The notes below the pieces were generated by a model. That model searched no databases, had not been told where the DNA came from, and saw nothing but the letters and a program-made list of their open reading frames with translations. Position numbers and translations under genes: made by a program. Shown piece by piece: positions 8,038 to 16,590 of a stretch of DNA of 19,700 nt. Every line of letters starts with the position of its first letter. Within the stretch, counting starts at the first letter, position 1. Location of the stretch: positions 1 through 19,700 of the forward strand of contig JBBIMI010000015.1 in NCBI GenBank assembly GCA_037444485.1, in the 5' to 3' direction. The stretch comes from Candidatus Micrarchaeota archaeon. Its GTDB lineage: Archaea; Micrarchaeota; Micrarchaeia; Norongarragalinales; Norongarragalinaceae.

Positions 8038-9030
8038 TTGACGGTAGTAATGCGTTTTACTAAATTTATTAAAAAGAAGGTCATTACTCTGGCTATAATT
8101 GCGGTTTTGGCGGTAGTCGTTGTTTTCACGGGTTTCTTGTGGCAGAAGGGCGAAGCATTCAAGAAAGAGGTGGCCGACCCCAGCGTGGCGTTAAGAACAG
8201 CATTGATTTATTCGATTGAATTACAAGCAGTTAAAACTACGAACGTCTGGTTAGCCGCTGCTCTGGATGATTGTCGCGCAGTCCTATCGCATACTAATCT
8301 AAGACTTTTTAGAGAATGTCTTAATGCGACAGGCTTTGAGGGAGAAGCTTTTGATTATTGTTCGAAGAAAGCTGAAGAGCCGTTTCTAGAATGTCAAAAA
8401 AAGATTGCGAGACTATTTTGCGGCGAACTTGACGATCAAAGCTGCGTGAGCAAACTTAATCCCAAGTGCGGTTCGATTGCTGAAAGTTTTGGAAAAAGTT
8501 GGGAAAAAATAAAAAGAGCTAATTCCATCCTTCTCGGACTGGCCTTGCTAGACCATGAAGGATGCCGGATGCCTGGAGGGATGTTGGAAGAAATGCGAGA
8601 AAGACGCAAGTGTCACGAGAGTAAAGTGTTGTTAGACTTCGTGAATTTGAGAGAGTATTACATCCAAGCTATAGATGAGAATCTCGCGTGCCTTATAGAA
8701 AATGAAAATGCTCTTCCACTGGGGATTGAAAATGGCGTTTTCAAGTTGATGACTGCCGACTTCACTTCAAATTCGAGCGAAAGCAGGGTGTACCGCATCG
8801 GGTTGAATCCTGGTTCTTACAACCTCACTAAATACGCGGCGGATTACGGCATCCGCGTTAGCGAAGTGAAAGGATTTCTAATTGAAAGCCAATGGCTTCA
8901 CGGCGATGTTCTAGAAATTGATAAACCATACATGTTCGACTTTGCTCTTTGGAGGGAAGGCAACAAAACCATTCTAGCCGTAGGCGATAAAATAGATATT
9001 TGCAATTATAAAAGTCTTAAAGGATGCTAA
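8038..9030 (+). CDS. Hypothetical Cys-rich protein with N-terminal membrane anchor or signal peptide
   Basis: 330-aa ORF (ATG at 8050 is an alternative start). Basic N-terminus plus hydrophobic helix VITLAIIAVLAVVVVFTGFLW. Many spaced Cys. No family recognised. Confidence 0.7.
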   Translation: MTVVMRFTKFIKKKVITLAIIAVLAVVVVFTGFLWQKGEAFKKEVADPSVALRTALIYSIELQAVKTTNVWLAAALDDCRAVLSHTNLRLFRECLNATGFEGEAFDYCSKKAEEPFLECQKKIARLFCGELDDQSCVSKLNPKCGSIAESFGKSWEKIKRANSILLGLALLDHEGCRMPGGMLEEMRERRKCHESKVLLDFVNLREYYIQAIDENLACLIENENALPLGIENGVFKLMTADFTSNSSESRVYRIGLNPGSYNLTKYAADYGIRVSEVKGFLIESQWLHGDVLEIDKPYMFDFALWREGNKTILAVGDKIDICNYKSLKGC

Positions 9031-9092
9031 AATCCAGGGCACAGGCGCCCGCCTGCAACGTTTTTAATAAGCGTTTAACGTAATGTATCGTC

Positions 9093-9623
9093 ATGAAAAT
9101 CGGTTTTCTCGACGTTGCCAGCAACAAGTTCAACGGCTTTGAAGTTGCGGTGAAGGAAAGCGAGCAACAAGCGAACGTTGAACTAGCGCGTCTCTCTGCC
9201 CCTGAATTCTTGAAGATTCCAGTGTGCGCGAAAAAACTTTTTGCAGAGCAAGGCGTTGACGCGGTCTTATGCTTCATTCAAGCGAACGCTGAAGAAGATA
9301 AAGACGTTCTTGCGCTAGTGCAAGAAAAAATTATTGATGTCGAAGTTGATTTTGGCAAATTCGTTTTTTTCTGCGTTGTCTTAGATAGCGAGTGGCGGAG
9401 TGAAGAACAACTCGCTCGCGTTGCAGAACAAAAAATCGCTGCGTGCATCCTTGAAATAATTTCGATTGTTCACGGGATTGAAGCCGCCAAGCCTGAAGAG
9501 CGCGTGAGCGCGGGAATGAGTATGTTCGAACAGCCAAGCGAAAGCGGCGAAGCTGAACCAGAGTCGCCTTCCTTCTTGGAGGGTGGAAGCGAGTCCGACG
9601 AAGACATTCACAAGCTCTTTTAA
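9093..9623 (+). CDS. Divergent homolog of archaeal riboflavin synthase (lumazine synthase fold) with an acidic tail
   Basis: MKIGFLD, R.SAP...IPVCAKKLFAEQGVDAVL, DK, V.DSE...EEQL..VAE resemble archaeal RibC (KIGIAD, R.TVPG..DLPVA.KKL.EE.GCD.V, EVFVHEDE....L...A). Several conserved positions are substituted. Confidence 0.6.
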   Translation: MKIGFLDVASNKFNGFEVAVKESEQQANVELARLSAPEFLKIPVCAKKLFAEQGVDAVLCFIQANAEEDKDVLALVQEKIIDVEVDFGKFVFFCVVLDSEWRSEEQLARVAEQKIAACILEIISIVHGIEAAKPEERVSAGMSMFEQPSESGEAEPESPSFLEGGSESDEDIHKLF

Positions 9624-9681
9624 ATATTTAACAAAAACTTTTTCTTTACTCAAAAACACAAACTTGCTGGTGGCATTCGTG

Positions 9682-9810
9682 ATGGGCATCAAAAGCAAAG
9701 CGCGCAGGAGACGCATTCTCGAAGCGCGCTTGAAAAAGAAAATCAAGAGTAAATTGCATTCGAAGTCTGCAAAAAGAAAAAAAGTGTGGATTACTAACAA
9801 ATACACTTGA
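9682..9810 (+). CDS. Small highly basic protein (42 aa), possibly ribosomal eL39-like
   Basis: MGIKSKARRRRILEARLKKKIKSKLHSKSAKRKKVWITNKYT. GGTGG lies upstream of the ATG, and the ORF ends 18 nt before the next gene. It is the 3' part of track ORF 9583..9810. Confidence 0.5.
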   Translation: MGIKSKARRRRILEARLKKKIKSKLHSKSAKRKKVWITNKYT

Positions 9811-9828
9811 ATTTTTTCAGTTTTCCAA

Positions 9829-10734
9829 ATGATTATTTGTACTGGAAGCATTGCATTGGACACGACGCGCACGCCATTCCGCACTGTAGAACGCGTTCTC
9901 GGCGGAAGCGCTAGTTATTTTTCAGTTAGCGCGAGCTTTTTCGACCGGGTTGGGGTAGTCAGCGCGGTGGGAGAAGATTTCCCCCTCGAGTACTGGACGC
10001 TGCTTGCGGAGAAGGGCGTTGACTTGGCCGGCGTCCAGCGCGTGAAAGGCGAAACGCTTTTTTTCGACTCGAGCTTCGACTACGACTTACATGACAGGAA
10101 GACGAACAAACTGCGGTTGAACGTGCTCGCTAACTTTAAGCCGGTTGTGCCGGCTTCCTTCAAGAAAGTTGACGTTCTTTTTCTCGCGACGAACGCGCCT
10201 GAAACGCAGTTGTGCGTCTTGCAGCAGGTAGACGCGAAGATGACGCTCATGGACACTATAGATTACTATATCGAGAATGACTTGCGTAACTTGCTTGAAG
10301 TAGTCAAGCGCGTTGACGGCGTCGTGTTGAATGACGTTGAAGCTAGAATGCTTACGCAAACTCTAAACCTAGTAACTGCGGGAAAAAAAATCGCGGGAAT
10401 GGGTCCTGAAATTGTTTTGATTAAAAAAGGTGAGCATGGAAGCATTTTGTTTCACGGGCAGGAGGTGTACCCGTTTCCGGCGTACCCGCTTGAAAACGTG
10501 GTTGACCCGACTGGTGCAGGCGATTCTTACGCCGGCGGTTTCGTTGGACACTTAGCCCGGCGGCTTACGCGAGACGGGCGCGTGAGTGAAAGCGTTTTGA
10601 AGGAGGCCGTAGTGTACGCGAACGTTTTAGGCTCGTTTGCGGTTGAAGGCTATTCGCTAGACAAACTGTTTTCGATTTCACGCGATGACGTTGAAACGCG
10701 TTTCGACCACTACCGTGATTTAATAAAAGTTTAA
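9829..10734 (+). CDS. PfkB/ribokinase family kinase (nucleoside or sugar kinase)
   Basis: GSIALD, LGGSA, VGEDF, NDVEA (NxxE), KKGEHGS, DPTGAGDSYAGG (PfkB signature 2). Confidence 0.92.
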   Translation: MIICTGSIALDTTRTPFRTVERVLGGSASYFSVSASFFDRVGVVSAVGEDFPLEYWTLLAEKGVDLAGVQRVKGETLFFDSSFDYDLHDRKTNKLRLNVLANFKPVVPASFKKVDVLFLATNAPETQLCVLQQVDAKMTLMDTIDYYIENDLRNLLEVVKRVDGVVLNDVEARMLTQTLNLVTAGKKIAGMGPEIVLIKKGEHGSILFHGQEVYPFPAYPLENVVDPTGAGDSYAGGFVGHLARRLTRDGRVSESVLKEAVVYANVLGSFAVEGYSLDKLFSISRDDVETRFDHYRDLIKV

Positions 10735-10751
10735 AGCACAACAATTTTTTA

Positions 10752-10837
10752 CAGCGAGTTAGGTTTGCAGAGAGTTAGGTTTTAAATTCAATGCGACCTG
10801 AATTTATTACTGTAGGCAGAGATTATTGTAGGCGGAG
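10752..10837. repeat. Two imperfect intergenic duplications
   Basis: CAG(C/A)GAGTTAGGTTT at 10752 and 10768. TGTAGGC(A/G)GAG at 10811 and 10827; the second copy runs into the SD-like GGAGG of mtnP. Confidence 0.75.
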
Positions 10838-10849
10838 GAGCGGAAGACT

Positions 10850-11707
10850 TTGAAGCTTGACGTGTTTGGCAAGCCTAAAATCGTGAGCGTGGAAACGAAA
10901 GCTGAAATAGGGGTTTTCGGCGGCAGTGGTTTTTACTCTCTTGAAGAAGGCGGTGAAGCCAAGGAAGTTGAAGTGAGAACGCCGTTCGGAAAACCCAGCG
11001 CGCCAGTTTCAATAATTGAAGTCTCCGGCAGGAAAGTCGCGTTCCTGCCGCGGCACGGACGCAAACACGAGTTCGCGCCTTCCGCAGTCAACTACCGCGC
11101 AAACTTGACTGCTTTCAAGGAATTAGGGGTAACGCGCGTCATAGCGCCGTTCGCTTGCGGTTCGCTGCAACCAAACATAAAGCCGGGCGACTTCGTTGTA
11201 GTCGACCAATTCGTTAACCTCGCGTTCGAAAGGAAAGACAGTTTTTTCGACGCGCCGCCAGCGCGAGTCGCGCACGCGAGCGCGGCTGAACCGTATTGTC
11301 CTGAACTCCGCGAACTCGCAGTAAAAGCAGTTAAAGCAAGCGGAACGCGCGTTCACGAACGCGGCACCGTCGTCGTAATAAACGGCCCGCGTTTTTCAAC
11401 GCGTGCCGAAAGCGAGTTTTTCCACAAGCAAGGGTGGAGCGTCGTGAACATGACGCAGTACCCGGAAGTTATTCTCGCGCGCGAGCTTGAAATCTGTTAT
11501 GCAGGAATTGGTTTAGTCACTGATTACGATGCCGGCCTCGCGGGGCATCCCGAAGTAAAGCCAGTCGCGATTGAGGAAGTGCTGCGCGTTTTCAAAAGCA
11601 ACAACGAAAAAATAAAGAAAATCTTGGAAACCCTCATTAAGACGATTCCGCGCGAGCGCGGCGCGAAGTGCGGTTGCGCGAACGCCATGAAAAACGCGTT
11701 TTTGTGA
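10850..11707 (+). CDS. mtnP: S-methyl-5'-thioadenosine phosphorylase (MTAP, NP-I family)
   Basis: IGVFGGSGFY, TPFGKPS, FLPRHG..H, NYRAN, GPRFSTRAES, NMT..PE..LARE, TDYD (6-aminopurine-type motif). Confidence 0.92.
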   Translation: MKLDVFGKPKIVSVETKAEIGVFGGSGFYSLEEGGEAKEVEVRTPFGKPSAPVSIIEVSGRKVAFLPRHGRKHEFAPSAVNYRANLTAFKELGVTRVIAPFACGSLQPNIKPGDFVVVDQFVNLAFERKDSFFDAPPARVAHASAAEPYCPELRELAVKAVKASGTRVHERGTVVVINGPRFSTRAESEFFHKQGWSVVNMTQYPEVILARELEICYAGIGLVTDYDAGLAGHPEVKPVAIEEVLRVFKSNNEKIKKILETLIKTIPRERGAKCGCANAMKNAFL

Positions 11708-11867
11708 AAAAACCTAATTTTTAGAGCGAGAGGGACGACAATTGATTGAATACAGCTTGCTTAAAGTTTTTCTTTTTGTGGGAATAGTTTACTGCATCTA
11801 CAAAATCGTTAAAACGATTTAAAAAAATTTTGAACGCGAAAGTTAAATGCGAGGGCGGTGAAAACCA

Positions 11868-12587
11868 GTGACTAAGGCAAGCGTCCAGCTTGTTTATGAC
11901 AAACTGTTCAAAGCATTCGGACCGCAAGGCTGGTGGCCGGTGACGCCGACAGGGGAAAGCAAGCCAAGACACCACGCGCCGCGCGAGAGTTACGCGAGGG
12001 ACGAAGCGCGTTTTGAAATAATGCTTGGCGCGATTCTAACGCAAAACACTGCATGGAACAACGTTGAGAAAGCGCTTGAAAAAATTCACGAAAAGAAGCT
12101 CTGCTCGCCGAAAGCGTTAAGTAAAGCGCCGCTCTCGTTAGTGAAAAAATGCGTGCGTTCAAGCGGTTACTACAACCAGAAGGCAAAGCGAGTGAAAAAC
12201 TTAGCGCTTTACGTGCAACGCGAGTACGACGGCGACTTGAAGAAAATGTTTTCAAAACCCGCCGGCGAATTACGGGAAGAACTTCTCACTATAAACGGCG
12301 TTGGGCCTGAAACAGCTGACTCGATCGTGCTCTACGCAGCAGGAAAACCAGTTTTTGTGGTCGACGCGTACACGCGCCGAGTTTTCACGCGCCTCGGTTT
12401 TCTCGAGGGAAACGAGTCTTACGACGAAATCAAAGCGCTTTTCGAAGAAGGCCTGCCGCGGGACGCGAAACTCTTCAACGAATACCACGCGCTCGTGGTC
12501 GAACTAGGAAAACGAATTTGCCTAAAGAACAAGCCCTTATGCGCGGAATGCCCGTTGCGCGCAGACTGCAAATTTCCAAGAAGGTAG
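11868..12587 (+). CDS. Endonuclease III-like HhH-GPD DNA glycosylase with 4Fe-4S cluster
   Basis: GPQGWWP, GAILTQNTAW.NV, GYYNQKA, HhH LLTINGVGPETADSI, VVDAYTRR, C-x6-C-x2-C-x5-C. Confidence 0.92.
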   Translation: MTKASVQLVYDKLFKAFGPQGWWPVTPTGESKPRHHAPRESYARDEARFEIMLGAILTQNTAWNNVEKALEKIHEKKLCSPKALSKAPLSLVKKCVRSSGYYNQKAKRVKNLALYVQREYDGDLKKMFSKPAGELREELLTINGVGPETADSIVLYAAGKPVFVVDAYTRRVFTRLGFLEGNESYDEIKALFEEGLPRDAKLFNEYHALVVELGKRICLKNKPLCAECPLRADCKFPRR

Positions 12588-13068
12588 CTATTTCTCGTTC
12601 AGTAATCCGATTGCTTTTTCGCGGGAAATTTTCGTCGTCGTCCCCAATTTTCCGGAGTTCCACCATGCTTTCACTTGCTCGGCAGTAACTATCCAAAACG
12701 GAACGTCTGGAAATGCTTCCACATCGGCAACTATATAGCCTTTAATTTCTCCCAGCTTTTCCAAAAAATCGGCTTCGTTGAAAGAACGCCCGGAGCCGAC
12801 CATGTAACTCGGACAGAAGTATATTCCTTGTTTCGTAACGCTGCGCACTTCCCATTTTCCTCCGTTCGAATCAAGCAAATCATAACCAGCGCCTTCGCTT
12901 GGGGCTAGACGGCCATGCAGAAATTCGTAAGCAAGCCGTCTTTCCAAAATAAACGAAACCCTGCGTCCGTCAGTGAAGTAAACGCGAACGTCTTCTTCTT
13001 TTATTTTCAAGGACTTGGCTATTTTCCTTGACGTCCCACTGGAAGTGACCGTTTGGCTTGCCGTGCAC
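12588..13068 (-). pseudogene. Putative restriction endonuclease (PD-(D/E)xK-like), frameshifted near its 5' end
   Basis: SD GAGGTG 7 nt before GTG at 13068 gives MHGKPNGHFQWDVKE. A +1 shift at the run at 13022-13025 continues IAKSLKIKEEDVRVYFTDGRR. Contains GYDL...KWEVRS. Lies directly downstream of an MTase. Confidence 0.55.
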
Positions 13069-13089
13069 GATGAAACACCTCTCTAAATG

Positions 13090-14290
13090 CTATTCTTTGC
13101 GGAAAATCAGAATGTTTTCCTTCTGCATGACGTTGTACAATCCGAAGATTATTTTTTCCACGTTCTTTTCGAGCTTGAAGCCGATGCTTTGACAGTAATC
13201 TGCGGTCAGCTCGACGGTTTTGACTTCCTCGCCGTGGTAAGTCGCGTTTCCAATCACTATCGAACAAACTTTTCCCGGCTTCAAAACGCGATGCATTTCA
13301 TCATACGTTTTCTTCAAATCCTCGTCGTAAAGCCGCAGTTTGTCGCTGTTTGTTCCGCGGACGCCGATGAACTCGTCCCTGATTTTCGCAGTGTCGAAAC
13401 CGAGAGCTTCGAGCGAGTGAGCGTCGTTCTTGACGTAATCCAATGCAATCGAGTAAGGCGGCGAGGTTACGACTGCGTCAACGCTTTTGTTTGGTAAAGG
13501 CAGTTTTCGCGCGTCGGCGTTTTTTATTTCGGTTTTCCCGATTTTCAAACCGTGTTTTTTGATTGCTTCTTGATAGTCTTTCAGTGAAACAAGCATTTTC
13601 TCGACGTTCGCCTTGAACTGCGTGTTGAAGTTGCGTCCGCGCCTGCTCTCGTCACTGTGGGAAATCAGTTTCGCTACTTTAAAGAAATTGCGGACTTTCT
13701 CGTTCTTGATTTTTTCTATCGCGTCGTCCAGCTTTTCTTCGGTTTTATTGCCGAAGTCCGCCAGCGAGTTTCCGTTGCTTTTGTTGACTATTTCCGCGCT
13801 TTCGGAAATTATTTCTTTCAAAACGTCGACGGACTGCGTCTTGACTTTGGAAACCAAGTTGCAGACTGGCGAAACGTCTACTCCGATGCTGTCGATTCCG
13901 AGAACTTGGGATTCTAGGCAAGTCGTGCCGCTGCCGACGTAAGGGTCGAACACCGTGTCGCTAGGCGTAACTTGCGCGTAGTTGAGCAGCGCTCTAATAC
14001 ATTTGCGGGTGGAATTTTCCTTTATAGGGGTAAAACCAGTGCGTCAAGTACTGGTTGATTGAATGCGTTTGATTGTACTTCACGAGTTTAGAGTAAAGCG
14101 TTTGTTCTTTTCCGACTCGCTTGAAGTAAGCCAGCCGGTCTACAAGCGTTTGAACGTCGTCGGCTTTCTTTATTTCGAAGGTTCGAAATCCGTTTGTTAT
14201 TTCCGAATCCGCGCCTAAAGCGCCGAGCTCAAGGCGGGCGAGCGCTACCTCGTAAATAAATTGAGTGTTGCCCAAAAGCTCGGCATCCAA
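13090..14290 (-). pseudogene. Amino (N4-C/N6-A) DNA methyltransferase, alpha motif order, split by a +1 frameshift
   Basis: HWFYPYKGKFHPQM, extra base at 13999, then IRALLNY...VFDPYVGSGTT (motif I) and DAVVTSPPY (motif IV). Joins track ORFs 13994..14290 and 13090..13953 into about 399 aa. Confidence 0.88.
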
Positions 14291-14406
14291 ACCAATCAGC
14301 CCAAGTTTTTATTAGTGAATTAATTACTTTGAAACCTGTTTTTAAACTTGAGCAGACCACTCCGCCGGTGAATTAAAGATAATCGTTTTAAATCGCGCGT
14401 GCGTTA

Positions 14407-15558
14407 ATGATTCTCATGATTGAAGTGAATCCTTGGGGCAGCGAGTTAATCAAGGACTACGAGATTCTTTTCAAGGACTTCGGCCTCCAGCGCATTAGCG
14501 ACGAAATGCGCGCGAAGCTGCGCGATTCCCACAACTTCCGCCGCGACGTAGTCTTCGCGCACCGTGATTTCGACAAGTGGCTCGCCGCCGCCGAGCGGGG
14601 CGAGAAAGTCGCAATAATGACGGGCATAAAACCGTCAAGCGAATTCCACCTCGGCAGCAAACTCACTGCAGACGAAATGATATACTTACAGAAAAAGTTT
14701 AAGGCTAAAGTGTTTTACTGTATTGCGGACGAGGAAGCGTATTTCGATAACGGCATTCCTCTCGAGCAAAGCCACGCTTTCGCGGTCGACAACATTGCAG
14801 ACTTGCTTGCCCTCGGGCTCGACGAAAAAAACGCGTTCGTGTACAAGCAAAGCGAGTGCCTTAATGTTCTTCGTCTCGGCAACTTGTTCTCGCGTAAAAT
14901 CACGCTCAACACGCTTGAAGCTATTTACGGTCACCAGAATCTCGGCCTCTATACTGCTGCGCTCATTCAAGCTGGCGACATCCTGCAACCACAACTCGAG
15001 GAATTCGGAGGTCCAAAACACGTTCTCGTGCCGGTTGGCGTAGACCAAGACCCACACATTCGCTTGACGCGTGACATTGCGATGAAATTCCAGGAAGAAT
15101 ACGGCTTCATCCTCCCGAGCGCGACTTACCACCGGTTTTTCCGCGCGTTGAACGGCGAGACGAAGATGAGCAAGCGCGACCCCATGAGCGTCTTGACGCT
15201 GAACGACTCGCTCGAACTCGCCGAGAAGAAGGTGAAAAACGTTTTCACTGGCGGGCGAGCGACTGCGGAAGAACAGCGGCGCCTCGGGGCGGAAACGTGG
15301 AAGTGCGTGTGGTTTGAATTAATGAAATTTCATTTTCTTGAAGACGATGAAGAACTAAAGGAAATGTATGACGATTCAGTGAAAGGCAGAATCCTGTGCG
15401 GCGAGTGCAAAACAAAATACTTAGAGCGACTGCAAGGCTTTCTTGAATTACATCAAAAAAAGAAAAAAAAGATGTATGCTAAAGCCGAAAAATTGCTTGA
15501 AGCGTGCGAAAACCCTGCGTTGCGCCTTAAAACAAAAAAAAGAATTTTAAAAAATTAG
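14407..15558 (+). CDS. trpS: Tryptophanyl-tRNA synthetase, archaeal type
   Basis: VNPW, HRDFD, TGIKPS, HLGS (HIGH), AGDILQPQ, PVGVDQDPHIRLTRD, KMSK, TGGR, CGECK. Confidence 0.95.
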   Translation: MILMIEVNPWGSELIKDYEILFKDFGLQRISDEMRAKLRDSHNFRRDVVFAHRDFDKWLAAAERGEKVAIMTGIKPSSEFHLGSKLTADEMIYLQKKFKAKVFYCIADEEAYFDNGIPLEQSHAFAVDNIADLLALGLDEKNAFVYKQSECLNVLRLGNLFSRKITLNTLEAIYGHQNLGLYTAALIQAGDILQPQLEEFGGPKHVLVPVGVDQDPHIRLTRDIAMKFQEEYGFILPSATYHRFFRALNGETKMSKRDPMSVLTLNDSLELAEKKVKNVFTGGRATAEEQRRLGAETWKCVWFELMKFHFLEDDEELKEMYDDSVKGRILCGECKTKYLERLQGFLELHQKKKKKMYAKAEKLLEACENPALRLKTKKRILKN

Positions 15559-15599
15559 TGAAAAACTAAACCTTCGCGTTTGCTTCACTTTTCGCTTTT

Positions 15600-15855
15600 G
15601 CTTTTAACTTTTGCTTTTCGCTTCATTTTTTGTTTCGAGTTTTTTGTTTTTGTTTTTGTTTTTTTTTGGTTTTTGGTTTTTTCTGATTTTGAGTTTTTTG
15701 ATTTTTGGTTTTTTCTGTTTTTGTTTTTTTTTGTTTTTGTTTTGTTTTTGTTTTTGGGTTTTTTCTGATTTTGAGTTTTTTGATTTTTGGTTTTTTCTGT
15801 TTTTGTTTTTTTTTGTTTTTGTTTTGTTTTTGTTTTTGCTTTGCTTCTTTTTTTT
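15600..15855 (+). repeat. T/G-rich low-complexity tract containing an 82-bp tandem duplication
   Basis: TnG units; 15675-15756 is repeated at 15757-15838. Lies between convergent genes. Confidence 0.92.
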
Positions 15856-15879
15856 GAAGCAGGGTTAAGCGAAAACAAG

Positions 15880-16590
15880 TTAGGGGTTTAAATGCTTTGA
15901 AGCGTTTTTAACGTATTCGAGTAGTTTGATGGCTTCCGACCTGTCGACGCCTTTGTGTTTTATTAATTTGCTTACTTCGCTTTGGTTTTTCGCTTCAAAC
16001 GCGCGCTTGCTTCCTAGTTTATTCAAGTACAAGTCGTAATGGAGTTCGTCAATAATACTTTTTTCCTTGAAGAATTCTAGCAAGGCTTTAGAAGCGCCTT
16101 TCCTGTGTTTTACGAACTCGAGCGGCCGCATTGCAATCACGTTTTGAACGTTTCTAGCAAAATGCATCCAAGTCGAGTTAGCCGGCGAAACAAAGCCTTT
16201 TTCCTCTTTTTCAAACAAGTAGTTGCTGTCGAAAGCTTTCACGATGATGGCGTAATTCTTTCGGTCTTCCAAAGTTAAAAAGTTTTTCCAAGCGTACAAG
16301 CCAAGCGCCCTAATAAAATGGTTGTAAGCGTGGTTGGTCACTTGAATCTCGTCTTCCGAAAGCGTGCAAGGCAGATCAAAAAATTCGGCAAGCAAACTTT
16401 TTATTTTAAACTGTTTTGGTGTTTCTATTGATTTTTCTAAAAATTTTTTTCCAAAAGAATCCGGAATCAATTCAAGCAACACTAGCGGGTTCGGCGAACC
16501 AGGAGCGCGCTTGCTATCAAATTCTTTCAAGACCGGGTGCGCGTCAAGCCATTGTTTAACGAGTTCTTCCTTCATAATCTTCCCCCACAA
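15880..16590 (-). CDS. Hypothetical protein with possible degenerate C-terminal helix-hairpin-helix
   Basis: 236-aa ORF (ATG at 16575 is an alternative start). C-terminal LGSKRAF...SKLIKHKGVDRSEAIKLLEY. Confidence 0.65.
   Translation of the reverse strand: MWGKIMKEELVKQWLDAHPVLKEFDSKRAPGSPNPLVLLELIPDSFGKKFLEKSIETPKQFKIKSLLAEFFDLPCTLSEDEIQVTNHAYNHFIRALGLYAWKNFLTLEDRKNYAIIVKAFDSNYLFEKEEKGFVSPANSTWMHFARNVQNVIAMRPLEFVKHRKGASKALLEFFKEKSIIDELHYDLYLNKLGSKRAFEAKNQSEVSKLIKHKGVDRSEAIKLLEYVKNASKHLNP

Noticed and set aside
9042..9055. CAGGC-GCCC-GCCTG hairpin as a terminator
   Set aside because: A 5-bp stem is too weak to support without data.
15580..15878. Phe-rich and Lys-rich ORFs (15580..15768, 15585..15878, 15611..15868)
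   Set aside because: They arise from the stop-poor T/G tract, which is open in several frames.
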